Source: a virus
Length of the DNA: 54,387 nucleotides
Virus record (IMG/VR): IMGVR_UViG_3300010273_000001
Location: 1 to 54,387 of that record
Strand: one strand, 5' to 3'
The stretch's first letter is position 1, and the number at the start of each line of letters is the position of its first letter. Shown piece after piece: positions 1 to 8,120 of this stretch. Made by a program: the position numbers and the translations under genes. The notes under the pieces were generated by a model. It was not told the origin of the DNA, did no database searches, and saw nothing but the letters and a program-made list of their open reading frames with translations.

Positions 1-123
1 CTCATTCTCCTGCTGCAAGGCTTCGATAGCTTCAGCAGCCTCATCTATTAGCCTGTCTATATGCGTCCATCCAGACATGCGATTGTTTTTTCGCAATTTC
101 TCTAGCAATTCTTCATACATGCC
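1..123. repeat. Terminal direct repeat copy 1 (identical to 54265..54387); circular-closure overlap
   Basis: Bases 1..123 read identically to 54265..54387. The repeat lies inside minus-strand ORF 54007..54384. Confidence 0.95.
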
Positions 124-125
124 AT

Positions 126-326
126 TCATACACTTCCCTCCTTATTATCCTCACCCTCGCTTTCCTCCAAAACAATTCCCATTTCTGCTGCAATTGCTTT
201 TAACTGTTTTGTAATATGCTCTTTTCTCAGTTTATCGCATCGTGGGCACCAATGCGGATTGTCAACGGTGACGTAGTGACATTTCCCTTCAAATTCCCCA
301 TACCCAATACATTTTTTAAAATTCAT
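126..326 (-). CDS. small zinc-ribbon-like protein (66 aa)
   Basis: SD AAGGGAGAG upstream of the ATG. Cysteines are spaced C-x9-C-x10-CPRC. The stop overlaps the ATG at 129..127 of the junction-spanning gene (ATGA). Confidence 0.6.
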   Translation of the reverse strand: MNFKKCIGYGEFEGKCHYVTVDNPHWCPRCDKLRKEHITKQLKAIAAEMGIVLEESEGEDNKEGSV

Positions 327-447
327 TTTCCATACTCTCCCTTTACTTTAAACATAAATACAAACCACCATCAAAGTTGTTTACCCTATTATTACTCAAC
401 CTCGCTTTCTTGAGTATTTCACTTTCGTAGTGGTTTGTTCATTAATT

Positions 448-741
448 TCAATCATTTCCTTTTTGGCTATGTAATGTGGTTGTAATCCCATCGTGTTCGA
501 CCTCCTTATACTCCCGTTCTCCAAACGGGCAATCCGTTGTATATGGGCCATTGTAATATTTGCACTGCCAAGTAGCTGGAAACATTGCAACGCATTTGAA
601 ATTTTCGTACATATAACGGCATGTGTTGTACATATAACGACCTTGCAGTGTATTGTCAACATTCCAATTTCGGCACGTCAAACAGCATTTTGTTTCCTTG
701 AAGTCATTAATAGTGTATCTTTCTTCCATCTTGTTTTTCAT
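448..741 (-). CDS. Cys-rich small protein (97 aa)
   Basis: SD GAAAGGAGAA upstream of the ATG. Contains 8 or more cysteines including CCLTC. Preferred over the overlapping ORF 396..662, which lacks an SD. Confidence 0.6.
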   Translation of the reverse strand: MKNKMEERYTINDFKETKCCLTCRNWNVDNTLQGRYMYNTCRYMYENFKCVAMFPATWQCKYYNGPYTTDCPFGEREYKEVEHDGITTTLHSQKGND

Positions 742-759
742 TTTACATTCTCCTTTCTC

Positions 760-1068
760 CTAATTCTTCTTTAAAATAATTACATCGCCATAAAGCCTGA
801 AACCCGTGATTGAGTGAGCAAGCAGATTAAACCGTTTATGTTTGAACACCTCGGGTTTATCGGCATAGGCTGAATAATTCTCGTCCCGGATATATCCGAC
901 TAATTCTTTGCCAGTAAGATCCGGAATTGAATCCAAAGGCTCGATGGTAATATTTGTTTTTATAATGAAACCGACCTTCCCAACATTTCCCCCTTTCTTT
1001 AATACCGTTTCAACAAAACGCGTTATCTCTCCCCTTCTAGCAACTTTATTATACCACTTATTTGCCAA
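760..1068 (-). CDS. hypothetical protein (about 102 aa, TTG start)
   Basis: SD GGAGGTG lies 6 nt upstream of the TTG at 1068. The longer ORF-track start (1116, GTG) overlaps the SNF2 gene and has no SD. Confidence 0.5.
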   Translation of the reverse strand: MANKWYNKVARRGEITRFVETVLKKGGNVGKVGFIIKTNITIEPLDSIPDLTGKELVGYIRDENYSAYADKPEVFKHKRFNLLAHSITGFRLYGDVIILKKN

Positions 1069-1100
1069 AAAATAACACCTCCTTTTTTTTGTTTTTTTTA

Positions 1101-2528
1101 TTATGTTTCGTTGCACGTCTTCTGGTTATATTCGAGAAAGCCTTCGATTGTTGCTTTCTTCGAAACAAACACATCATAAACGTAATCGTCATAGGTGTTC
1201 TCGGCAAGCAAAAAATAAACTTCTACATCTTTTTCTTGCCCTCGGCGATAAATTCGACGATAACCCTGTATAATCGCTTCCGCGCTCCAGACCAGTCCAA
1301 ACCAAATGACTGTATTTCCGCCTTTCTGCAAGTTCAAACCAAATTTATTGGAAAAAGGCGATAAAATCAGATATTTTATCTTCCCGGCGTTCCAATCTTC
1401 TTCATCTTGTTTGCCTTCGTAGAGCCGAGCCCCTGGAAGATTAGATAAAAGATATTCTTTATCTTCTTTAAAGACATAGAATATCACGACATTCCCCGCT
1501 ATTGTTTCAAGAAGTTCTTTCAGTTTTTCAAACTTGTAATGATTTATCCGATGCGGCACATGAAATTCGTCATAAATGAACCCGTTTGCCAATTGCAACG
1601 CTTGATTCATCATATGTGCTATACTGGACGCTTCTATATTTTTAAAATCATCGGTCATGACGCTAAACATTTTGCGCAGAGCGTTGAATCTTCGCTGATC
1701 AGATTTGCAATATATCTTGTATTCGTGTTTCTCTACATCTAACTGCAATTCTTTTTTAAGACTATATTGGCTAATCGTCTCTTGCAAAGCCTCATATACC
1801 TGAGGATGCATGAAATAAGTATGTTTAAGATATGGAAGCACAAAGCAAAAATCTCTTTGAAAATCATATGCGCTCTTTTTATAAATACCGAGCAAGTAAA
1901 ATACATAATACATTTCATCTGCTTTTTTGTATTTCCCAATCAAAAAGTCAGGATATTTCTTTGGTTTGGTTTCCGGCGTTATTTCCCGAACATTCGGAAA
2001 AGGCGTTCCGCTTAAAAGGAATAAAAGCGTGTCATCGGTTAGAATACTTTTCAACGCTTTAAACCGATTGCTTTTAGGGTCTTTGAATTCCGAGCATTCG
2101 TCAACAATAATCATATCGTATTTTGGACGATATTTATTATCGATGAAAAAAACGCGGTTCCCTTTTTTAACTTTCTTTCCTACCAGCCAAGTAAACAGAC
2201 TTGAAGAAATAATGTGAATACAAATTCCGGTATTTCCGGTATTTTGGAGCATTTTAATTCGTTTATCCTCTGCCCCCTCTATCAATGTAACAATAGGCTC
2301 AAGATAATTAAAATTACTCCACTTGCGAATCTCATTTTGCCATGTAGTAAGCGTCACGACTTTCGGGGCTATGATGAGAATTTTATTTACCCCTTGAAAA
2401 ATCTTGCGGTCAATGAGCCCCAGCAGAAGCGCCGTCTTGCCTGTTCCCATATCCCAGAACACCCCGAAGCGCTTCTGCTTTTCAAGAATCTCAAGAACCC
2501 CGTCTTTGTCTACCCATTCAGTTCCCAT
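1101..2528 (-). CDS. SNF2/DEAD-like superfamily-2 helicase
   Basis: Walker A GTGKTA, DExx box IIVDECSEF, and C-terminal helicase motifs LNLQKGGNTVIWF and YRRIYRRGQ. SD GGAG lies 7 nt before the ATG. Confidence 0.9.
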   Translation of the reverse strand: MGTEWVDKDGVLEILEKQKRFGVFWDMGTGKTALLLGLIDRKIFQGVNKILIIAPKVVTLTTWQNEIRKWSNFNYLEPIVTLIEGAEDKRIKMLQNTGNTGICIHIISSSLFTWLVGKKVKKGNRVFFIDNKYRPKYDMIIVDECSEFKDPKSNRFKALKSILTDDTLLFLLSGTPFPNVREITPETKPKKYPDFLIGKYKKADEMYYVFYLLGIYKKSAYDFQRDFCFVLPYLKHTYFMHPQVYEALQETISQYSLKKELQLDVEKHEYKIYCKSDQRRFNALRKMFSVMTDDFKNIEASSIAHMMNQALQLANGFIYDEFHVPHRINHYKFEKLKELLETIAGNVVIFYVFKEDKEYLLSNLPGARLYEGKQDEEDWNAGKIKYLILSPFSNKFGLNLQKGGNTVIWFGLVWSAEAIIQGYRRIYRRGQEKDVEVYFLLAENTYDDYVYDVFVSKKATIEGFLEYNQKTCNET

Positions 2529-2561
2529 TTCTTATCTCCAACTTGATATTTTATATATATT

Positions 2562-2987
2562 TTATATTAACAACTCTTCAAAATCTTCATTTTCGTCTTT
2601 TAAGTAAAACCATTTCCCGTCTTTGAAAAGATATAAAAAATCAACTCCGGATCTTCCAAGTTCATATTTGTAATCTTGTTCGTCGAAGTTTGTTTTAATT
2701 TTAATTGGTTGACCGCGCCATCTGTGATAGTCTTTTGTGTATTTCCGCCGTTCTTCCAAAGGCATATCCGCATATGCTTTATAAGGCATATTGGAAAAAT
2801 TTTTGAATTCCGTTGTAGTCCCGAGTTCTTCGATGTCCCCAAGCGCAATGAGTTCTTCGACCTTTTCTTTGGTTTTGTAATTATCCTTGAGAATCGCACC
2901 TACCCCCGCCGGATAACCGTCATAATGACAATAAATGCTTTCAACTTTGTTTTCTTTTAAAATCCCGATTCTGCAGGTTGTAGCCAT
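2562..2987 (-). CDS. hypothetical protein (141 aa)
   Basis: SD GAGGAGGAG precedes the internal ATG at 2987 (MATTCRIG...). The upstream stop is at 2992. Confidence 0.65.
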   Translation of the reverse strand: MATTCRIGILKENKVESIYCHYDGYPAGVGAILKDNYKTKEKVEELIALGDIEELGTTTEFKNFSNMPYKAYADMPLEERRKYTKDYHRWRGQPIKIKTNFDEQDYKYELGRSGVDFLYLFKDGKWFYLKDENEDFEELLI

Positions 2988-2991
2988 TTCT

Positions 2992-3285
2992 TCACTCCTC
3001 CTCATTTTCGATATATTTTAGTTTGGCTATCAAAACTTCAATGAGCCGGGACGGATTCTTATTATCCCCCGGGATATAAGTTATCCGTCCCTCTGGAATT
3101 ATTACATTTTTTTCTGTGCCGCGATAGAATACTTCTACTTTATTATCATTACCTTCGAGAAGATGTGCGGCAAACATATCCGCAAACATTAACGCCTCTT
3201 CGTTTTTTTCTTGATTAGCCATAAAGAAGATTTCTAGTAGTTCTTTATCCATTTTTTCACCGCTATCAACTGTTTTCTTGTCCAT
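2992..3285 (-). CDS. hypothetical protein (97 aa)
   Basis: ORF in the tightly packed leftward operon with a G-rich SD-like tract before the ATG. The start is somewhat uncertain (alternative ATG at 3252). Confidence 0.55.
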   Translation of the reverse strand: MDKKTVDSGEKMDKELLEIFFMANQEKNEEALMFADMFAAHLLEGNDNKVEVFYRGTEKNVIIPEGRITYIPGDNKNPSRLIEVLIAKLKYIENEEE

Positions 3286-3607
3286 TCTCCCCCTTCTTTC
3301 TGTGAATAATTGTTTTCAACTCAACATAAATATCTTCAAGTTCTTTTGCTACTATCTCTAACTCATCAACGCTTCCCGTTATCTTTAAACTTCCTAACAT
3401 ATATGCCATATCTTGAAAACGAAGTGTTAAACGGAGAAAATCCGCTCTTTCTTCAGACAAAGCGATTTCCGGGTCGGTTTTCATTTCTTGAATGGTTTTT
3501 TCCATTGCAAACCGCCGGTCAAACAAAAACTTTTCTGCCCCTTTGAAGCCCGCTTCGGCAATAGTGATAAACGCATACTCTTCAAATAAATTCTTTTTTT
3601 TAGCCAT
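3266..3607 (-). CDS. hypothetical protein (113 aa), paralog of 48334..48618
   Basis: SD GAGGA lies 5 nt before the ATG. The C-terminal ...ELEDIYVELKTIIHRKKGE matches ...EIADIYCKIKIIIDKKKGE of the other ORF. Confidence 0.6.
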   Translation of the reverse strand: MAKKKNLFEEYAFITIAEAGFKGAEKFLFDRRFAMEKTIQEMKTDPEIALSEERADFLRLTLRFQDMAYMLGSLKITGSVDELEIVAKELEDIYVELKTIIHRKKGENGQENS

Positions 3608-3876
3608 TATTCCTCATTCCTTTCTTTCTTAATTTTTCTGAATAGGATTATTTCGTCATAATATCTCACAATCTCAAGACGCATTCCAATGTCATTGTAA
3701 AAATCTTTTTCGTCTTCGAATTGATTTTCCAAGCAGTATCCCAAATCCGGTTTTTTCTGTGCTTCTCGATGCACTTCTCTTGCTAGGTCGCGTATTTCAT
3801 ACCAAAAACTATCTTCATCAAGAAACAAATTATCTCTTATTTTTTCATCTTCTTCCCTGTTACTCAAAAATATCAA
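3607..3876 (-). CDS. hypothetical acidic protein (about 86-89 aa, TTG start)
   Basis: The ORF has no ATG near its 5' end, with TTG candidates at 3876 or 3867. Its stop overlaps the next start (TAATG). Confidence 0.5.
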   Translation of the reverse strand: MIFLSNREEDEKIRDNLFLDEDSFWYEIRDLAREVHREAQKKPDLGYCLENQFEDEKDFYNDIGMRLEIVRYYDEIILFRKIKKERNEE

Positions 3877-4474
3877 ACCCCAATTCCATTTTTGCTATGA
3901 AGATTAAAAATTCTTTGATTTTCTCAATCGGAACATTTAAAACATCCAACTCCACAAGAATTTTTTTGACTTCTGTTTGAACAGAAATCGGCATTTCTTT
4001 AATCATCATGACTATGTTCTCAATTTGCATAACATGAACCGTTGTCCAGTCCTCCGGAGTTTCGGAATTTTTAAGGACAACGAATTCAGTTCTGTCAACG
4101 CCTTTTTCTTCCAAAAAAGTGTCCAGCCATCGCGCAAAGGCAGTGTTTTTAAGTTTGTTTTGTTTTGCAAGCCATTTCTTGATTTTTTTAATGTCCTCAT
4201 CTTCGAGATCTACATTTTTGCTCCCGCGTGTTCTAACAAAAATGGCCGGCCCGACAATGTTTTGCGAATATTCACGAACATTGAAATTATGCGGAAGGTT
4301 AAGCAATTTGCCTTCCTCATTGATGATAATCGAAAGCCCTTCGTCGATAATATCGCTAAAGCAATATTCGATGTAACCGCCAACCAGATTACGATATGTT
4401 TCGTATCTGTCCTCAATCATTTCCTCCCGAAAATCTTCTCCGGGATTCTTAATCAAAACTCTAATTTTAGACAT
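3860..4474 (-). CDS. DUF3846-like protein
   Basis: SD GAAAGGAGAT precedes the ATG at 4474. The N-terminus (IRVLIKNPGE...VGGYIEY...IINEEGKLLNLPHN) resembles the DUF3846 pattern seen on Firmicutes mobile elements (from memory). Confidence 0.55.
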   Translation of the reverse strand: MSKIRVLIKNPGEDFREEMIEDRYETYRNLVGGYIEYCFSDIIDEGLSIIINEEGKLLNLPHNFNVREYSQNIVGPAIFVRTRGSKNVDLEDEDIKKIKKWLAKQNKLKNTAFARWLDTFLEEKGVDRTEFVVLKNSETPEDWTTVHVMQIENIVMMIKEMPISVQTEVKKILVELDVLNVPIEKIKEFLIFIAKMELGFDIFE

Positions 4475-4494
4475 TTTATCTCCTTTCTGGAGTA

Positions 4495-4554
4495 TTACTA
4501 ACTCCATGAAGCCTGCGAAGACAAGAAATCTTCGTAGACTTTAGCAATTAGTAA
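4495..4554 (-). promoter_or_regulatory. intercistronic structured element, copy A
   Basis: Outer arms TTACTAA/TTAGTAA and an inner 12-bp hairpin AAGTCTACGAAG/CTTCGCAGGCTT. Conserved loops are TTGCTAAAG and CATGGAG. It fills the gap between the stop at 4565 and the SD at 4479..4486. Confidence 0.65.
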
Positions 4555-4564
4555 TAACAACGAC

Positions 4565-5236
4565 TTAATCCATTAGCCTATAATCAGCCACTATATGTTC
4601 GCCATCATATAAATATATTTCTAATTCGTCCGGCTTGCAGCCGTAACAATCCGCTAAATATTTGCGTAATGTTTCGCCTTCTTGCCAGCGAATAGTATCG
4701 GGAACATAATATCCGTAACAATCGTCAATACAAAATTCCGTTCCACATCCTAACCAAAATTTGCCTATTTCGGTTATGTGTTCTTCGGAATAATGCGCCT
4801 TGCAATATACTACTTCGCAATAATCTCCTTGCGAATATCCTCTAAATGCTCTTACATTCCATTCTTCGCCGGTTGTAATGGTGAGAAATGCTGCGATATC
4901 TCTTGTATCGTAAGGATTTGCGTGTTCCGCCCATTCCTTCAATAAGTGGCACCTGCGGCTTGTATAATCAATGTTATGCGATAACATAGCTTCTTTATAT
5001 GTTGGATAATATTCGTTTTTTGGTGAAACTTCTTCAAATGTTTCGATCAAAGAATCAGCCATTTCTTCAATTTCTTCATACTCTTCCAAATTGAAACCGC
5101 TATACCTTCCTCTGTCCGCTGGTATAATATATACGGCACAATTCTCACCACCAACGCTTTTTAATCCATCATCGTCAAAATAATGCCTAAAATCTACATT
5201 TGACGGGTGAACTTCTTTGGCTATTATCTTTTTCAT
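4565..5236 (-). CDS. hypothetical acidic protein (223 aa)
   Basis: SD AAGGAGG upstream of the ATG; long ORF in the operon. Confidence 0.7.
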   Translation of the reverse strand: MKKIIAKEVHPSNVDFRHYFDDDGLKSVGGENCAVYIIPADRGRYSGFNLEEYEEIEEMADSLIETFEEVSPKNEYYPTYKEAMLSHNIDYTSRRCHLLKEWAEHANPYDTRDIAAFLTITTGEEWNVRAFRGYSQGDYCEVVYCKAHYSEEHITEIGKFWLGCGTEFCIDDCYGYYVPDTIRWQEGETLRKYLADCYGCKPDELEIYLYDGEHIVADYRLMD

Positions 5237-5256
5237 GTTTTAACCTCCTTTTTCTT

Positions 5257-5637
5257 TTAACTATATAACATTGATATTACGTCAATAACATTGTCCACAT
5301 CATAATAATCGTTATAATAATCACCCGATAAATAGATAGCATCGTTGGGGTTGCCATTTGGCGGATAGACCATAACAGTCCACCAGCAGCGGCCGTCAGG
5401 GTCAGCTTCGCCGGTTTCTTCATCTTCCAAAATTGCGTTCCGGGCTGTCCCAACACAGACAATGTTTTTGTCGTGGTACCTTGTCCACGAGTTTGCCTCA
5501 TGATCAAAAAATACATCCGCCCAGACCTCGCCAGTATCAATATCTAGCATAATGTCAAGTCTGGATTGTCCGCCATTCCCGATTAACTCAGTATCTAAAT
5601 TATTAAGCCTATCGGTTGCCAAAATCAGCTTTTTCAT
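5257..5637 (-). CDS. hypothetical acidic protein, paralog A of 6505..6885
   Basis: SD GAAAGGAGG. The 126-aa product is near-identical at both ends to 6505..6885 and divergent in the middle. Confidence 0.7.
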   Translation of the reverse strand: MKKLILATDRLNNLDTELIGNGGQSRLDIMLDIDTGEVWADVFFDHEANSWTRYHDKNIVCVGTARNAILEDEETGEADPDGRCWWTVMVYPPNGNPNDAIYLSGDYYNDYYDVDNVIDVISMLYS

Positions 5638-5652
5638 AATTTATCCTCCTTT

Positions 5653-5838
5653 CTATAACTTTTTAGCCTTTTTCTCTCTACGCTTTTCTAAACGATAGCA
5701 CCCGCCGCCATTCTCCATGTACTCTTTCAATCTTTGTTTTGCTTCTTTGTATGTGTACTCGCTGCATTCGCATTCCCAACCATAGCCGTAGTTACCCATA
5801 ATATCCCAACGGTCAATGGTTTTTCTGATGTACGCCAT
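5653..5838 (-). CDS. hypothetical small protein (61 aa)
   Basis: SD AAGGGAGG upstream of the ATG; WECEC motif. Confidence 0.6.
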   Translation of the reverse strand: MAYIRKTIDRWDIMGNYGYGWECECSEYTYKEAKQRLKEYMENGGGCYRLEKRREKKAKKL

Positions 5839-5865
5839 TTTATAAAACCTCCCTTAATTATATTC

Positions 5866-5911
5866 TTTTTATTATGCTTTTAGGCTGTCGGGCTTGTGAC
5901 CGTCTGCCTGG
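5866..5911 (-). repeat. 45-nt conserved element, copy 1 (partner 8362..8407)
   Basis: About 41/45 identity with copy 2. The core is GGCTGTCGGGCTTGTGACCGTCTGCC. The minus sense reads GTCACA-N18-CATAAT. Confidence 0.75.
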
Positions 5912-6059
5912 TTTTATACTCTTCTTCTGATATTTCCTCAACATCGACAATGTTTTTTACTCTCGCCTTGTTGATTGCTCCTTGTGCGTGATCATCCTTG
6001 ATGTACTTCGTGCCAATCCAATTGCGTGTTTTGTAATAGCTAATTTTCCAATATTTCAT
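5880..6059 (-). CDS. hypothetical small protein (59 aa; below the ORF-track cutoff)
   Basis: My translation gives MKYWKISYYKTRNW...RQTVTSPTA. SD CAGGAGG lies 8 nt before the ATG at 6059. It fills the gap between 6077 and 5838. Confidence 0.5.
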   Translation of the reverse strand: MKYWKISYYKTRNWIGTKYIKDDHAQGAINKARVKNIVDVEEISEEEYKTRQTVTSPTA

Positions 6060-6076
6060 AGTTACAACCTCCTGAA

Positions 6077-6388
6077 TTAGTCCAGATAATACCCGGCGTC
6101 AATCATGTCTGCTGTAGAAGGGAAATCCCAATCGCATTGATCGGCATAGTCTGCGTTGGAATCGACGTTCGGCAGGATGTCCCACGTCACGAACCAACGG
6201 TTACCATCACGATCCATCGCCAGAGCAGAAAACCAACCGGCGCCAACTGGCCCTTCCGGATAAGGATCTTCAGTCAATGCAAGCTCGACGTCACCCCATT
6301 CGTCATCATCCCATTCAACAGTGCCGAATCTTTCAGCAAATTCGTCGAACTTTTCCTGAACCGAATCATTAGCTTTAATTTGTTTCAT
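6077..6388 (-). CDS. strongly acidic small protein (103 aa; 26 D/E vs 6 K/R)
   Basis: SD AAAGGAGTG upstream of the ATG. Composition counted from the translation. Confidence 0.7.
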   Translation of the reverse strand: MKQIKANDSVQEKFDEFAERFGTVEWDDDEWGDVELALTEDPYPEGPVGAGWFSALAMDRDGNRWFVTWDILPNVDSNADYADQCDWDFPSTADMIDAGYYLD

Positions 6389-6416
6389 TTTTTCACTCCT
6401 TTTTTATTTTTTGTGA

Positions 6417-6471
6417 GTTATTAACTCCATGGAGCCTGCGACCAAAGTCGCAAGCTCTAGCAGTTAACAAC
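6417..6471 (-). promoter_or_regulatory. intercistronic structured element, copy B
   Basis: Outer arms (GTTG)TTAACT/AGTTAA(TAAC) and an inner 11-bp stem GAGCTTGCGAC/GTCGCAGGCTC with one G-U. Conserved CTGCTAG and CCATGGAG. Confidence 0.65.
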
Positions 6472-6504
6472 TTTTAACTGCCCAATAAAGATAGATTACC
6501 ATTC

Positions 6505-6885
6505 TTATTCCTCCATATATAACATTGATATTACGTCAATAACATTGTCTACATCATAATAATCATTATAATAATCTCCTGATAGATAGATATCATCGGC
6601 TGGGTTGTCGTTTGGCGCATAGATTGTAATGTTCCAATCGCAACCCTCGACTTCTTCCCCGGTTTCTTCATCTTCCATCTTGCTATTTCTGGCAGTGCCT
6701 ATGCAAATAATGTTTTTGTCTTCATACCTTGTCCATGAGTTGTCCTCGTGGTCAAAAAATTCATCCGCCCAGACCTCACCGGTTTCGATATCTAACATGA
6801 TATCCAGCCGGGAATTGCCGCCATTGCCGATAAGCTCAGTGTCTAAGCTGTTAAGCCTATCGGTTGCCAAAATCAGCTTTTTCAT
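6505..6885 (-). CDS. hypothetical acidic protein, paralog B of 5257..5637
   Basis: SD AAAGGAGG; see paralog A. Confidence 0.7.
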   Translation of the reverse strand: MKKLILATDRLNSLDTELIGNGGNSRLDIMLDIETGEVWADEFFDHEDNSWTRYEDKNIICIGTARNSKMEDEETGEEVEGCDWNITIYAPNDNPADDIYLSGDYYNDYYDVDNVIDVISMLYMEE

Positions 6886-6929
6886 AATTTATCCTCCTTT
6901 TGTTTTACAAATTTAAAAAATCATTTACA

Positions 6930-7373
6930 TTACATTAAACATTTTTCCTTCATGCTTAAATATCTTTGCTCACCAATAATTACGTGGTCTAGGATCCTAA
7001 TGCCCATTATTTCGCCAGCATCTACAAGCCGTTTTGTTGTCTCTATATCTTCCCGGCTCGGTTCAGGGTCACCTGAAGGGTGATTGTGCAGGCAGATAAT
7101 CCCGCTTGCATTATTAAGCATTGCAGCCTTGAATACCTCGCGCGGATGAACAATTGAAGCATTCAAACTGCCGATTGATATTGTATGTATTCCTACTATC
7201 TTGTTTTTGGTATTCAGACAAAGAATGCAGAAATGTTCCTCTGGCTTTTCGTGGAGTGCTAAAATCTGCTTTGCTGCCTGATAAACTTCTGCCGGCGACT
7301 TGATAACCGGAACTTCGTAAAGTGCGCTATCCTCTTTGACCATTTTTAAGGTGTAGAAATTAATCCTTGTCAT
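6930..7373 (-). CDS. radC: RadC-like JAB/MPN domain protein
   Basis: [14 protein letters not shown] metal-binding motif and DHVIIG, typical of the RadC family. Confidence 0.9.
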   Translation of the reverse strand: MTRINFYTLKMVKEDSALYEVPVIKSPAEVYQAAKQILALHEKPEEHFCILCLNTKNKIVGIHTISIGSLNASIVHPREVFKAAMLNNASGIICLHNHPSGDPEPSREDIETTKRLVDAGEIMGIRILDHVIIGEQRYLSMKEKCLM

Positions 7374-7409
7374 GCTTGATGAACTCCTTTCTTTTTTTAT
7401 TTTTTGTGA

Positions 7410-7470
7410 GCTGCTAACTCCAGCAAGCTGACGATCTCTATATCGATCGTCAACTTAAGCAATTAGCAAC
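7410..7470 (-). promoter_or_regulatory. intercistronic structured element, copy C
   Basis: Outer arms GTTGCTAA/TTAGCAGC (one G-U) and an inner stem AAGTTGACGATC/GATCGTCAGCTT. The upstream stop at 7471 abuts the 5' arm. Confidence 0.65.
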
Positions 7471-7716
7471 TTACATTTCGGCATCCACAGCGTCAAGCGC
7501 AGATGCTAACGCTGCATCATCTCCGGCATCTGCCAGAGATTTTAAAGCCGGCAACACGCGGGCGAGATACTTTTCGCGCCCTATTGCTTGCCCTTTGCCA
7601 CCCCAAACAAGTGCGCCTCTAGATACCGCATCCAGGCGGTTTGCGTTCTGGTTGCAAATGATTTCATACTTTTTCTCGAGCTCTGCTAGTCGTCTGGCAT
7701 TTGCAAAACTTATCAT
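7471..7716 (-). CDS. hypothetical protein (81 aa)
   Basis: SD AAAGGAGGG precedes the internal ATG at 7716 (MISFANARR...). Visibly more GC-rich than its neighbours. Confidence 0.55.
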   Translation of the reverse strand: MISFANARRLAELEKKYEIICNQNANRLDAVSRGALVWGGKGQAIGREKYLARVLPALKSLADAGDDAALASALDAVDAEM

Positions 7717-7735
7717 ATTTACCCTCCTTTCTGAA

Positions 7736-7784
7736 GTTATTAACTCCATCAAGCCCGCTGAACGGGCTTTGTGCAATTAACAAC
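7736..7784 (-). promoter_or_regulatory. intercistronic structured element, copy D
   Basis: Outer arms GTTGTTAA/TTAATAAC (one G-U) and an inner stem AAGCCCG/CGGGCTT. Conserved TTGCAC and GATGGAG. Confidence 0.65.
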
Positions 7785-7795
7785 TAACAGCTTAT

Positions 7796-8092
7796 TTACT
7801 TCATTTCGGGATAATCGTCAATCGGATTATAAATGGTGTCGTATCCGTTCATTTCGGGAATTTGGAGCTTCCCAATGTACTCGCAAGCATCTTTTACACT
7901 TTGCTTATCAGCTCCGTCTCTGATTGCCAATAAACCGCCATAAATAATGGTTGATATAATTTTCTTTTCCGGCTCAGTGGTTTTTCTCCTATAATCGCTA
8001 CTATTTCCATTTTTGTCATAGCTCCGGATTACTATTGATTCGGCTTTCATTTCGGCGTATGCTTTTAATTCTTGTTCTGTTGGTCTAAACAT
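7796..8092 (-). CDS. hypothetical protein (98 aa)
   Basis: SD TAGGAGG upstream of the ATG. Confidence 0.6.
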   Translation of the reverse strand: MFRPTEQELKAYAEMKAESIVIRSYDKNGNSSDYRRKTTEPEKKIISTIIYGGLLAIRDGADKQSVKDACEYIGKLQIPEMNGYDTIYNPIDDYPEMK

Positions 8093-8120
8093 TGTGTAAC
8101 CTCCTAAATTTTATTATACT

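Noticed and set aside
396-662. An 88-aa minus-strand ORF overlapping 448..741 in another frame.
   Set aside because: It has no SD, whereas the overlapping 97-aa ORF has GAAAGGAGAA and a coherent Cys-rich sequence.
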